Of a stretch of DNA of 64,000 bases, positions 13,771-27,500 are shown in pieces. Under the pieces are notes generated by a model, which saw only the letters and a program-made list of their open reading frames with translations, was not told the origin of the DNA and did no database searches. A program made the position numbers and the translations under genes. The number at the start of each line of letters is the position of its first letter. Positions within the stretch are counted from its first letter, which is position 1. The DNA comes from Klebsormidium nitens (taxonomy: Eukaryota; Plantae; Klebsormidiophyceae): contig DF237089.1 in the NCBI GenBank assembly GCA_000708835.1, positions 1 to 64,000 of the forward strand. Reading direction: 5' to 3'.

Positions 13771-14417
13771 ATCTGCAGCCAATAACTCGGCCGCGAAAAT
13801 CGCACCGGCGGGTCAGACCATGAAGTAGTACGTACCGTTCGCGCGAGCACTGAGTCCGAAGCGGTGTGGGGGTCTCCGCGTTCTCCGGCCTTCCATCCGG
13901 TCTGACAGCTGGTGGCCATGTACCGATCACGAGAACTTCGTGAAGTGTGCGACCAACACTGACAGCGCATTGTGTAGTACGGTATGTAGCGTTAGCGTAC
14001 CTACTGGAAGCTAGAGTACCGTAAGGTATTCAGCAGGTACAAGAGTTCACAGTAAGTACTACCGGTAGGTATTAGGTATCTACAACCGGTAACTACCGTA
14101 CAAGAGTACTTAAGCTATTCAAGTACCGGTACATTGCAAGCAGCGCCTGGTTAGGTAGGTACATGACATTGGTAGGTGGAGCAACTGATCGCCCATGGAT
14201 CAGTCATAGCGGGCTCGTGATTTTACTAATATGTACCTAGATGTTCCGAAAGCCACTGATTTGATTCACTAATTTGATTTACTAACTGGTCGCTCGATTG
14301 AACGGACGGGTGGGCATGCCCAAGTGTTACATATGACGTAGGAATAATTCATTCATGCAAGTTGACCTCGGCCAGCCCGGGCCGGGATCCGGCGGGATGG
14401 CCGCTGGGGCTGCATGT

Positions 14418-14517
14418 GGGGCCTCGGCTCCCTTATATTAGGGGCCGGCGCCCGGCCGCCCCAGGTCCCCGGGATCAGGGGGCGGCCGGGCCCCTAATAT
14501 AAGGGGGCCGAGGCCCC
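14418..14517. repeat. GC-rich inverted repeat/hairpin (~40-45 bp arms)
   Basis: Left arm GGGGCCTCGGCTCCCTTATATTAGGGGCC(GGCGC)CCGGCCGCCCC (14418-14462). Right arm GGGGGCGGCCGGGCCCCTAATATAAGGGGGCCGAGGCCCC (14478-14517). They are reverse complements apart from one mismatch and a ~5-nt indel. Confidence 0.85.
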
Positions 14518-16143
14518 AGGGGCCAGGGCCCCGGGTCCTGACCAAGGATTCCGTACGGACTGTACGGACACTGGCGCTGCCGGCTCTGCAAGACCTGCCA
14601 AGACGTACACGGTACACTATCCTACTACACTGGCAGTGCGAAGAGTCCAAGACCGCCGAAGACCGCAGGGCAGTGTGGACTCATATCGATTTCGTCGGCT
14701 CATGAACCGGACGGTCGGCTTGTTGTCGTCTACCGTATGTACACCTCGTTTCTAGCTACCATACCTCGATTCTACGTCGGCTTTCGGCCGACGCCCCTCG
14801 GTTGAGACGGCCGGGGCATTCTGTCAGTGCCACGTGTCGAACACTATGATCGAGTGGCTGAGCCCGCAGTGCGCGCCGCGATAATTTTGACGTTACCTAC
14901 CGGTGGCATGCATGGAAAGTACGGTCGGAATGATCGGAAGAACGTCCCGGTTTGAAAATCCGGTCACCTGTCAAAACGTGCGCGCACGCGGTCGAAATCG
15001 AACGAACACTCCGGCTCGTAGGTCGAACACTCTGGAAGGGGGTGTCCAGATAGTGTCGGACCCGGCTGCATAACTCCGGGGGCTGAAGAGGACCGTGAAG
15101 ATAGTGGTAAAGCCACCCGGTCGATACAATGAAATGCCACGTGGCACAGGCACTTCATCTTGGTGCAGTCTTTCCGGGGGCCGGGCAAGGTTCAATAATC
15201 TTTTGCGTGCATCGTTGTCAGAAATTAAATGGGCATTCGATACGCGATCTTCAAAACTCCTGGGAGCGCCGACGATGGGTGACGGCATGACGACGTCGGA
15301 CCCAGCGGTGCCGACATCAGCAATTGATGTGGATCCATATATAATGGGCCGGGGCCGCCTGTTATGGGTTATGTTTGGAGTCTGGAGTCGGACTCTAGAT
15401 TAAATCATTGATAGCTCAGACACTGGACGTGGCGGGGCCACGGCCGTGATATACCGGTATGTTGATCCAGCTAGCTCCGGCCTACTCCGAACATTCTGGT
15501 CGGTGAACTCCAACTCGTCCAGTACAGCAGCCTCGTACTTCAAACATACATCAGACTGTTGAATGCTATTGTCACCAGATAACTTCAGTTTTGTGGTCCA
15601 GAATCGCGGCTGGCCTAGAATCCGAAGTGGCCTCCCAATTATGTTTCTTTGACAACGATCTTCTAGCACCACTGTACTCTCCGCAGCGCTGATGCGTGAG
15701 GACGTACCACACTGTTGTGTCAAGCGAGCGGCGGATTGGTCTGCAAAGTGCACTGTGTGAGCTACACTGGTGCTGCTTCTTGCATTTCCTCCCAGCGCCT
15801 GCCTCGCTTCTGAATGCTCACTGCTCACAGACACTGTCAGAAGGTGGCAACGCCGGAGCGCCATGCTCCTTTGATAGGCAGTGCACACGCGGCTCTTCAA
15901 CAACCAGACTCTAGCTGATTCTTCTTTTTCTTCCATTCTGTGCAAAACTGCCACGCTTTTAGTGTGGCCTCACTACCACTGAAAGCTAACAACGGGCGCA
16001 GCTCTCAATGACTTAGTCCTACCACTGTACAATAGCCTGCCGCTGGTATCATTTAACGTTGTCCAAGTGCTGGCGCAAGTTTCCTCACCGGACGTCCTAG
16101 CACTGGTGCATCTTCCCTCACCAGACGTCCGCCGCCCAGTGCT

Positions 16144-19100
16144 ATGGCATTCGGCGGCGGTCCAAAGCCCGGGGAGCCGGTCGTCGGGTGGTGCGACCTG
16201 GGCTTTGCGGTGATGACGCCCGGGTGGAAGGAGAAGCAGGTGCTGACGTCACTCACCGGGTTCGCGCGGGCAGGGAAGGTGCTGGGGGTCCTGGGGCCAT
16301 CGGGGTCGGGGAAGGTGAGCTTGCGTGCGGGGCAGAGCTGAGAGACTGGTGTGAGACATGTTGTCATGTTACAGAGCGTGCTGCCAGTGGTGAAAGTGCG
16401 TTCTGGACAAAAGTGCTAGCTTGTGTGAAAGCTGGGCTAAGTTTGGGGTCTGTGCCTGTGAGTGAGCACAAATATCCTCAGTACAAAACCCCCTCCTAAG
16501 GTCCCCTGTGACAGTGAACAAGCCAGATGATTGAACGTTGGTGTAAACGGGCAAGTGAAACCTTTGATCTGCATGCGCTAGCTCAGCCAGTCCTTTTGGG
16601 GGGGTTGAGCTGAGGGTTAGCTGGTGGGGAGGGCTTGTTCGGTGGTCTGATTGGAAGCCTGACGGAGACGCAAATGTGACATTTCCTCTGTAAGGGCCGT
16701 TGCCAGGACACGATGTTGGGGGCGTGGCGCAGAATTGGGGGCTAAATTTGCAGCGACACAGACCCGCATGAACTTGCAACCCCTGGTCGTCAGCAAACAT
16801 CACTCAAACATCAGTCCCTGTGCTTGGGAAATGCTTGAAGCAGGGGTAGGGATTTGAATGGGGTAAGGCACACTCATTGCCAACCCCCCGGTCCCCCGGT
16901 CTACTTTTCTGGACTTGTTTCCGCACCCTAAATTACAACAGCCGGGAGGGCCAGAAAATTCTGCCATTGGAGAATATTCTGATTCCTGGACGCCCCGATG
17001 AATCCTCAACTCCTTTTCCGCAGAGTACGTTCCTGAGCCTGCTCGCCGGTCAGCTGGGCTGCGGCCGTATCACATCGGGGGAGGTCCGGAGCGCAATCGA
17101 CGGTCAGGAGGACAGCGACATGCTCATGTACCTGGTGCCGCAGGAGGACTGCCTGCAGGCCCACCTGACCGTGCGCGAGCTGCTGACCTACAGGTTGGGG
17201 GGGGATGTCACACCAAATTCAGGGTTCTAGTGCGGTGGAGATGCGCATGCAGTTGTTGTGTTGACATCTGGCCTCAATTCGTGTGTCGATCTGGAACTGA
17301 TCTGGACCATCCAAGAATCGAGAGGTGGGGGGCTGCTACTGCATGTTTGGCGCGTACTTTGAAGTCTTTAGTGTGGCTGAGATTGGCGCATGCAACCGTT
17401 TCAGGTTGATCTGGTGGTAAAGCTGGTGTCAAACTGCTGGAGATTCAGTGTCGATTTTAGTTGTTCTGACCGATTGAGAAGTGCCGACCAATACGTAGAT
17501 CAGGATGCGTCAGGCCCCTCGTGAGTAGACAAAGTTGTTTGGTTGTTCGACACAAACAAACATTGACGTCCAAGGCCCTGCGTATGGTGATGAGCGCTTA
17601 AATGACGACAGTAAATTTGTGATTTGAGCCTAGATAATTGAACATTTTTAAAGATTTTCCGCTTGTTTTGGAAAGCGTATGGGCGCACCGTTCTGGTTTG
17701 AAGTGGCGTGTTACATCAACAGCAAGTTGGGGCCAGAAGCGGCGCAGCTTTTAATTGTTAATTTAAACCCCGGAGTCTGGATTATTGCCAAGGACACGTA
17801 TAGTGTGGATCTGCGGGTTCGTGAAAAGGAGCCGCGTTAGCCTTTACGTCTCAATCCCATTCTGGGGATGCGTTGGACGGTCAATCGAAGTCAATTCCAC
17901 TAAAAACTTTCCTATGATTATCTCTATGGCACTTCTTACAGAATCTCGAATACTTGGAGCCACAACTTATCTCTGCGTCTTGCGTTTCGCTCCCCTGAAC
18001 GGGTTACTTGTACTCGGCCTGAATTACCTCAAACGAATGAGTGACCCATTAAGCTCGTCGGTGCTCAATTCCCCACCCCGTGGCGTACTTCTTCAAGGGA
18101 CGCCAAAACGACGTCATGCTGACGTTGTTCCAAATCCGATTCCCCCAGCGCCCGGTTACAGCTCCCGAGGGCGCGCCCCAAAGTCATTGCCGCCCGCGTG
18201 GAGGCGACAATCGACGCCGTCGGCTTGACCAAGGTTGCGCGCTCGCGCATTGGTGGAGTGGCCGGAACCAGCGGCGGGGCACCCCGGGGGATCTCGGGGG
18301 GGGAGCGGAAGCGGCTCGCCATCGCTGGGGCGCTGCTGTCAGAGCGCCCGGTGCTGCTTCTGGACGAGGTAAGTAGATTCTCACAAACTTAGCTGGAGTC
18401 TGATACACTTGGGTCGACCCCTCAGTCTGCTCCCCGGGGGGTCAGCAAGCTCGCTCTTCATTGCTTAACTAACCAGAATTCAATGACGTTGGGCGGACTC
18501 CCGCTGTCCTTCTTTTGGACAAGGTCAGCGAGCTTTTGGTTTTTGTTGATATGCCAGCACCAATTCTTTGAAAAGAATCTCCAAGGACGAGGAGAGTGCG
18601 CCGTTTCGCAAGTGGGTCTGCGGACATGGAAATCATCTCGGGAAGTCTGCACAACCGACAGTCCGGAACCCGTTTGCCTGTTGCCGGGGCCAGATTCAGG
18701 TTGTCGAACTGTACTCGTTGTGAGTCCCAAAACAGGAACGAACTATAGTCGACTCTCTCAAACTTGACCAGTGATGAACGTCTTTTCCGTTTCTCTCTGA
18801 TGGAGCCTTTCAATCAGCTTCAGTGTACCGCTTTCTGCCCTCTAGTTTCCGACATGCCACGCAGCCGCCGCCGTGTTTGATCATTCGACTGCCTCTAAGC
18901 CACAAAGCACACTGTGCACATTTGCACGATGTACGTGACAACGGAACCGTTGAGCCCGGTGCAAGCCTGTCTGCTTCTTTTGGTGCAGCGCTTCCCTACT
19001 TCACCCGCTCGATCCTGCGCACTCCTTAACGTCCGGCCCGGATTGCTCTACCCGTTTCGAGTCGTAAAGCCGTCGTATGCATATTTACGCAGACAATCGA

Positions 19101-22100
19101 CCCCATTTCCCCCCGAGCAAGTGTCTCAGCCAGCTTCGAGATCCCGCCATTGCCTGTCCTGACATGCTTCTGAAGATCCGCATCCCGTGCCGGCGACGTC
19201 CCTGAACCTTCGAGTGGATAGTCTCCATAGCATTAGTCGAAGCAACCAGACAATCAGACCCTTTCACCTCGTTTTTCCCTATCTGTTAGCTCCTGCCCTG
19301 ACTCACATTTGGACGTCCGCGTCCCACGCAGCCGACGTCCGGGCTGGACGCCACGACCGCGGCCAAGATCCTGGCGCTGTGTTCGGACATCGCGGCGCGC
19401 CACGCATGCGCCGTCGTGCTAACGGTCCACCAGCCGCGCCGGTCCGCCTTCGAGCAGCTGGACGACGTGCTCCTCCTCTCGCATGGAAGGTCAGCCTCTA
19501 AACTAATGTCATCCAATAAGGGGATTAGTGAATCATTATTGAAAAACAATGGGCCACAACGGTTTTGAAATCTGCTGCTAACCCGAAGCCGTAACCCGGT
19601 CCAGTGAAACACAATTTGAATGAACGAGCTTAGGTTGAACTGGTTGCCAATGGAAGTTGAACTACAAGGAGGCAGAACGACCGGCAAGCTACTCGCTCAG
19701 ATTACCCGCTTGGTTAGAGCTTAGAGGGGACCGCTCGCACAGTAAGCACTTAGAAGAAGCGCTGCACGAGAGTGAACCTGGGCCGGCAGTACCTGAAATT
19801 CGATAAGACGAGCAAGATTGGCTGACGCTGGAGGGGCTGAAAATCAAGCTTTCTCTTTGACAAAACACAAATCAACCTCGAAGCATTGATTTTCTCGAAC
19901 ATGCTGGAAATGGCCTTCAAGCCAGCCTTGAAAAGATGGAGAATTCAGAGCTCTGTGCTAAAGTAACCTGGTTCCGCCCGGCCGCGCAGGACGGTCTACT
20001 TCGGCGCGCGCGGGGAGGCCCTGTCGGACTACTTGCAGTTCCACCTTCTCCTCCCGCCGGAGCTGGTCGTCTCTTCCAATCGAGCCAACCTGCTTCTTGA
20101 TCTGGTGGAGAACTACGAAACCGGGGCTTCCACCGCAGTCGAGACAGCGGATTCCGCTGCCCTGGAGGAGCCGGACTCGCCAGGTTCGCAGGAGCGGACG
20201 ATGCTCGCAGCGAATCGCACGAGCGAGAGCTCCGACTTTGAGGAGGAGAGCGGCCCGCTGGACTTTGGTTCGGAGGCCTCTGCGGACGCCTCGTTCGTTG
20301 ATCGAGACGGTGAGCGGACGGTTCAGCGTACGAATGACTGGCAGTTGGCAATCGGAAGCGGTCCGTACGATTCTTGTGAGTTTTGAAGTATGCTGAGCGG
20401 GAGGTTTGCATGGAAGCGACTGAATTTGGGTATGCTCAGCCGGCTGATCGCAGGCGAGAATCCAGACCTGGGTGAGTGGGGATGTGTGCGCCTTGACAGG
20501 CTTACAGGCTTACAGGCACCAATCCGTCTCGTTTTATATGATCCTTCAGCATTCGAGGATAGCATGCCGTTTGCTTTTGATTTCTATAATGTGTGCGTAG
20601 AATTTAAGGCCCCGTCCAAGAAAGAACGAGATTGCCCCCGATCCAAGAAACTTTCGCTTTTGCTTCTGAGAAACGAGAGGCCAATCCCACGTAACATTAG
20701 TGTCACCAACCGTCTTGATTAGCCGGTCGAATCCGAAACCCTCTCAATCTCAATTGTTCGATCATCTTTTCCGGCTCTACTTTGGGCTCTCGCATCCAAA
20801 CCACCGCATCTCGGCGCGCTCCCCACATTGCAATCCTCGGCTCCTCAATCCACTCAGATTTTCCTCTCGCAATTTATTTTTACCCGTTGTACGGTTTTTG
20901 CTCCCTGCAGGCCCCATGCTCCGCCGCTCCTCCAGCTTCGACACCAACAAGCACCTGCTCGCGACCGGTACCTTCCCCCGGGCGGACCTGGTCGCCGCCC
21001 ACGAGTCCTCCGCCGGGCACGCCGCCGCCCTCAAAGTAGCCGGGGACTTGCCCCACGTGTGGACCCCGGGCTCTAACGAGTCAACCTTCAGCCTGCGCAG
21101 CGCAAAAATCCTGGCGGCCCGGAGCATGCGCGCGGACCTATGGAGCGACCCCACGTGGCTTGTCACCATGATCGCGCACTCCAACATCGTGCTGCTCGTG
21201 GTCGGGACGCTCTTCTGGCACGTGGTGAGCGGGATGGAGCCGGTGCAGCGCGCGAACGCACGCGCACAATGCCCGCCCCACTAGAAATATCAGGAACAGA
21301 TTGGAGCAAGCTTCAGCCTCCATTTTCCGTTTATCAAGCGCCAATTCTCACGTCATGATACCGGCGAAGTTGCGTCGGCGAAAAGACGAAGGAAAATCTC
21401 TTCTTGGATGATTCAGATCGTCTGTTCACAACTAAGTACATACACCCTCTAAGCTCCAAGTTGTAGATCGGGAATAGTCGAGAAGCGCCAACCTTCTTCT
21501 AAATCCTCCGTACTTGGGTGGTGCAAGTTCACTTAATCTTCGAAAGAATGGAGCGCCAAAGCGGAGAAAGGATGTTAAAGTATTCGGCTGGTCACCCAAC
21601 CGCCCCAAAACCACCCCGCTCCGTATGCTTCCATCCGTTTTTGAATCAGTCACCTTGAGGAAACTCCATACTCTGCCTGGTTTTGATGAGCGCTTGGAGT
21701 CTTACATTTTGTGGTTTTGACTGCCGTCTTCCCCTTTCCCACTGCAATGTAGCTTCGATCCAAGGAGACTTTCTAAGATTCTGTACGAGGAAATTCTCGA
21801 TTCTTGGTACCTCCAATCACACGTTTGACACGTTTCTCACAATGGTGCGTCCGTCGCCTCTTGGCAGCCGTCGACCCTGGGTGGCGTCAGCATCGCGGCG
21901 GCGGCGCTGCTGCTCGTCCTCACGTTCGGCGCGTCATTCACGTGGCATCGAACAGAGCGCGCGGTCCAAATGATTACAACATTCCAGGTGGGTCGCGAGA
22001 ATGAATAATGCAAGAAGAAAGATGAGATAGAAACTAAAAACGCAGTTATGCACAGCTGAGCAAAATTCTAACAGTGTTGTGGATGGTAATCGCTTATACA

Positions 22101-24120
22101 ACGGCCGGCAATTGGCACAATAGAGCCGAAGCAACAGAAGACAGGGAAGCAAAATCGTAGACAAAAATGAGTCACGGTTTCAAAAGAAGGAAAGAAACGG
22201 ATGATAAACACGGGCGCATTTCATCTTTCTGATCCAAGATGCAGACTGAAATGCAGGTGGTCTGTGTTTGTCCCCGTTCACAGCTTCGGACGCTTGAAAG
22301 GCCCCGTACGCAGCGCCAATGTTGCTTGCTACATGATCCTTCTCGATCCAATTCCAGTCATGGAATTTCGCATCGTATGGCCGTCATTCCCAGAAGAATT
22401 TTCGCGCGCCCCCCCTGTAAAACCCTAGAATCCTGACCATTCCCGCAGGCTGAGCACGCCAACGGCCTCTACGCACCCGCGTCGCTCGCGCTCGCGCGCA
22501 CCGTGTACGACGAGCTCATCACCGCGGTCGCCCACGTGCCACCCTACCTGTACTACTACTGGCTGGTCGGCCTGCGCGCGAGCACGAGCGCATACCTGAC
22601 ATTCATCTTCGTCATCTGGGTCTCCATGAGCACTTTCAACCTGTGGACTGTGACGTTGGCGTTCGTCAGCGGGAGGGACTGGCTGGCCACGCTGATCAAC
22701 ACGTCGCTGCTCGGAGCGTGGACACTCACGGCCGGTTTCCTCGTAACCTCTAGCCAGATACCCGTCTGTGAGTGACCGCTACTGGTAACCTTTTCTTGAG
22801 GTTTTCCCGCTCAATTCGTCGCCGTAGCTTTGACCGTTTGGAGGTTCTCTCGAGATGAATATCAACTACGTCGCGGTTGTTTCGGTTGGTTGGTGAGCCT
22901 CTCAAGATTGACCAGTACTTTTTCGCGTTGCCCCACCGACTGATCGGTGAGTACTGAGAGCCTGCGAAGGCAGCCGATATCTCGCAAAATACCTCTTCTC
23001 CAGGGTCCATATTCTTTAGATTTCGAAACAGCTATTTGGCTTGTATGCTCTGATGGGCAACAATTGGCGGGAGATAAGCCATGTCTTTCCATGACTCACT
23101 TAAATCTGCTCATTGAAGCATACAAAACACAGCCGCATTCCTTGACACACCAATATCGAAAAGGGTCTTTGCTCAAGAACGCAATGACGTTTGACAGTTC
23201 TCGTAAGAGGGCGTCGGCCTTTGCTTTTTTCATCTTAAAACAGAGCCCCTCCGTGAGCGAATTGGGCAAGGACCAAGCGTGCGTCGCCCTGACTTGTCTG
23301 TCGAGGAAAGAACGGCCGTTAACACCGTGTACGGGGGCCCCGCATTCTGGGCGCTCAAGAAAACGCCTTTCCAGCTGTCCCGTCATCTTTCGGGAGGGCC
23401 TTAACAGCATTGGATCATCCGCGCCACTCACCTCCCACGGACGTCCAAATTTCGCAGGGTGGCGGTGGCTCAACTACGTGAACCCTGTCCGGTACGCCGG
23501 ACATGCGCTGGTTCTGAACCAGTATGCGGACATGGGGCCCGTGTCCGACTGCCTCGACTCGCAGCGCGTGCCCGCGCTTGTGGACGGCACCCTGGTGCGC
23601 GGTGAGCAGCCCCCGGTGGTCGCCCTTTACCTTCCACCCGACTCCAGTGGGCGTCTTGATGTAGCTTAAGGGGCAATACCTCTTAAATTTCAGAACAAGA
23701 TCTGGTAATCTCTCCTCCAACTTTCTAGGGGTCCTTTCTCCAACTATGCTCTCCTTCATTTCCAAAGATTCTACCCGCTCTGATATCCTCGCCTTTGGCC
23801 ACTTTTACTATAATCAACTCCTTTCATCCTTGTCATGCGTCTCTTTTGGGCCAATGTCTGGTACTTAACCGTCAAAGTGTAGAATCTAGGATCTTGAGCC
23901 AATATCCAATCCTGAGACTCCGTGCCTTCCAGCCTGCCCCGACGGCCTGCAAATTGTGACGGCGCTCGGCATGAAGCGCACAGTGCTGTGGAACGTGGGC
24001 ATCGTGGTCGCCATCAACCTCGTGTCGCGCGCCGTTTTCTTTGCCGCGCTCGCGATGCGCGGCTACGTCACCTCCTCCAACCGGCACACCATGGCGACGG
24101 CGGCCGCGACCGCGCGCAGG
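16144..24120 (+). CDS. ABCG (White/WBC-type) half-transporter module, NBD-TMD order; exons 1-10 of a probable ABCG-lipoxygenase fusion gene
   Basis: Exons 16144-16314, 17024-17193, 18149-18368, 19332-19489, 19990-20309, 20911-21224, 21868-21987, 22449-22767, 23458-23601, 23933-24120. Walker A GPSGSGKST, Q-loop VPQED, signature ISGGERKR, Walker B/D-loop LLLDEPTSGLD, H-loop TVHQP. TMD motifs: GTLFWHV, EHANGLY, AGFLVTSSQIPVWWRWLNYVNPVRY. Confidence 0.95.
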
Positions 24121-24573
24121 GTGAGCAGTTCGTTGGAGAACTGGACGGAGGTAGAGCTTGTGTGCCTCCTTCCAAGAGGTTCTCGTGGATCTTACAAGTG
24201 GTTTAGTTTTTAGCCTGCTCGGAATCCGGGCTTCGCTTGCAACATACTGAGAGGGGACGTACAGGTCCACTCGGAGTAAGTTGGATACAAAATCTATTAC
24301 AGTTTGATACAATGCGCGCTTGATCCTCGTCTCTTCTTATAAAAGCTACAACTCACGCTTCTGCATGCAAACTCGCAGAGCGAGACCCTCTGACAAATCC
24401 TTCCCTCTTCATAACTTTCACAGACCTGGCGGACTTATGAGGGCTACCACCTTGACAGCGACTGATTGGCGGTCTAATGGTTTCTTTCTAATCGAGAAAC
24501 CGCCGTCCGTGAACGCCCAAACTTAGCTCACACTTGTACCAGATTGCAAATTCCTGTTATGTATTCCTTTCAG

Positions 24574-27500
24574 AAGACGTCGGAAGGACTTACAGAGACC
24601 TCCGGCAGCTCCCCGGGGCCCCGCAACGACGACGTCGAGCGGGCTTTGCCGCCAAGGGGCTCTCAACCGGTTGCTACGAAGACAGCGCGCCGCCCCGGGG
24701 CTCTCACCCGAGCGCTCACCCGGATGCTGCCGACGAGCCAGGCCGCTTTTCTCCTTCTGGGCATCCTCAAACTCGCAATCGTCGTCGCTTTCTCCGCCTA
24801 TTTTTTCCGAGAAGTCGCCCCGGAAGAGTCCCCGAAGTATGGATGGGCAACCGGGACAAAGAGCTCGTACCCGGCCCTGTACGGGTACGTTGAAGCGAGC
24901 ACCCTTACTGTGGACGACGTCCTGGAGTACGACAGGTACAGGGTGGAAGTGGTCGCACCTCACGTGAAGCTCTGGAACACGCTATTCCCCCGAGTAGAGC
25001 CGCCCATCTACCGCGCGGAAAACGACTCCCTTGGGCCCGACAAGGAGCTCGGGTCGTTTCAGGTCAGTTTTCTGGCTGGTGATCCCTTCTTACTGTGGTA
25101 GAGAAGCAATCCGGCCAAGGTGAGACCAGTCCAAAAGTACTCTCAGAATGAGAAGGCGATTCACATTCCTCCAACAGATTGAAGGGCTGAATTCGGAGGC
25201 AGGTTGAAGGGTCGGAATGAAAAACGGCGTCCCACAGAGCACTGAATTCAGGCCAAGCCATTCGCCGCAAATGTCAAAGATGCTGTAGATCTCTCCACCA
25301 TCTTTCCTCAATCACTTTCATCCGATGGTAGGAGAGCTTTTGAAGGCCTGATGCGCGCGTTTCTCGTCAGTCTTCGAATCTACTTTCTCGCTCCAGATCC
25401 TTTTTAATGTGTCAGGGGAAATGATCTGCCGATGAAACGTTGAGATCGTTCCGGTCACCTATCGGGCGGCCAGTCAAGCACTGCCACGTGGCAGGCCACA
25501 ATATGCAGATGCCGTTTGCTGCCACAGCCAGCGGGTGACGTCACGGGTGCGAAACTTGGCCACCACCGCTAGCCAGCGTCGCGCCCACATAGGTATCTCC
25601 TATCAATCGGTTATGATTTTGTTACACGCTCTTTCTTTCAGGAACTGTTCCAAGTCTTTCCCCGGGGATACGACATCGGGCCCCAAGACCCGGGAGCTCA
25701 GATGAAGGTAAGAGTTCTCGCTTCCTGTTTCGAATGGAAACTTGACCCCACGTGGAGTCAGAAAGTATCGAAGGAAAATGGTTTGACTGTTTGTACACAC
25801 TTTTGGGCCCGCAAAGAGTGCGGGTTTAGACTGGAATGCAAGCAGTCACGCCTTATGCGAAAAGACCTAGAACTACATTCAAAGTGACCCTGGTGCATGA
25901 AAGCTCGACCACCGAGTTCACGGGGGTGGTCCTTTCAAAAACTGCTCGGTCCAAACGGGTTGCAGCCATAATTTTTGTCTTATTAAACCCTCAGTAGAAG
26001 GGCGCGAGGCGCTCAAATCACTAGACGCTACCACATGAACACTTGCCTTAATGCTTAGTTCCCTTCGTGCTTCCTTCGTCTCTCAAAGTAAGTGCTTCAT
26101 AAACCCACGGTTACCGATCAGGCGGTTGCAAGAATCATGACTGTCGATTCCCTCTCTTCGCGCAGTGGTTCATGAACGACACCGGGGATGGCGCGCTGCT
26201 CCTTCGCATCATGCAGATGTCGGGGGACGACCAGTGCTTCTCCCGGCTGACGACTTTGCCCCCGGTAGACAGTTTCCCGGTCGCCACATCAACTGGCGTG
26301 CAGGTGTTCCTGCAGCAGACCCTGCGGACCACCTGGGGCAATGCTCCAACCACTCTGGAGCAAGCTCTCAGCGCTGTGAGCCCCTCCGGAATCTACTAAT
26401 GCTCTCACGAAGGCTTGGTGATGTTTGATTGCAATTATGTTGGCCAATCGTTTTGGAAGCAGCATGGCGGCTCTTTAAATCGTGAAACCTTCGCACTTCA
26501 TATCGTATGTGTTCCTCATGAGTACGTCTCGAAGCAGATTTATGTCATTTGTGTCATTAAGTTGAGATATGTATCCGGACCACGTTCCAATGAGGCCCAA
26601 TTTTCTTGAACCACGGTCGAGTCACCTGATCTGGCAGAGTTTGAGATTGACGGTGACTCAAGGATTTCCTGACAAGCATCCGCTATTGTTCACTTTCACG
26701 GGACCCCAAAAGTAGCTTAAGATTCTGCGTGCCCTGCGTTAGAATCATATCATCAATTGGAATCGGCAAAAATGCGCAAAGATGTCTGCACGATGACGGA
26801 AGAGAAGGTCGCAGGCGGTAGACAATACGGCACTCGGAATTGGCTTGGAGTCAGTCACCCGTCGACTTCGGTTGCTTTACAAGATAAGATTGCTGCAAAC
26901 ATCTGCTATTCTCCTGGTGCTCCGTTTTACAACGGTTTCTTGTGGGTCTGCTTGACAACTCTAATTGGGGGGCTTTGAAAGTCGTCACCCAATGACGGTC
27001 TGATCATGACAGAGAGTTTCAGGGAAGGTAGCGGATTCCAACGCTCAAAAGTTCGAACTCCATCCGATGCAGGGTCGTTTGTACATGGCGAACTACTGGT
27101 TCCTGGAGAACGTCGAGCACGACATCGGCTACACGACCCACGCCCCCAAGATCCTCTTCTATCTGCTCGACTCCGGAGAGCTGGTCACCGTGGCCATCCA
27201 GCTGGGGCAAAACCCGAGGTGGGTTTGCTCGAAAGCCTGCGCTTTGGCTTTCTTACCCATTCAAACCCCATTCTTCCCAACTTACTGGGGTTGGCCGGTT
27301 TACAGGAGGAAGATCTTCCTCGGATGCTCGGCGGTTACTCCCCTCTCCTAGCTAGGTAATGTAGGTAATCTGAGGAGAGTCCATTTTGGCGTTGAAGGGT
27401 AGGGGCGCTTTGATGTTTGGGTATAATCTGACACTATCCAGGGCCATTTCGAAACATCTTTACAAAGGATGAGTATTGAATGCGATGGTTGAGGACCTTT

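Noticed and set aside
14971-15954. Minus-strand ORFs 15954-15400 (184 aa) and 15288-14971 (105 aa)
   Set aside because: No recognisable domain, no convincing splice structure, and composition unlike the true exons. A TE remnant cannot be excluded.
23956-24213. ABCG ending by read-through of the 24121 donor to the stop at 24213
   Set aside because: Disfavoured, not excluded. GTGAGC is a consensus donor, the sequence beyond it loses exon-like GC content, and an in-phase acceptor with an open GC-rich exon follows at 24574.
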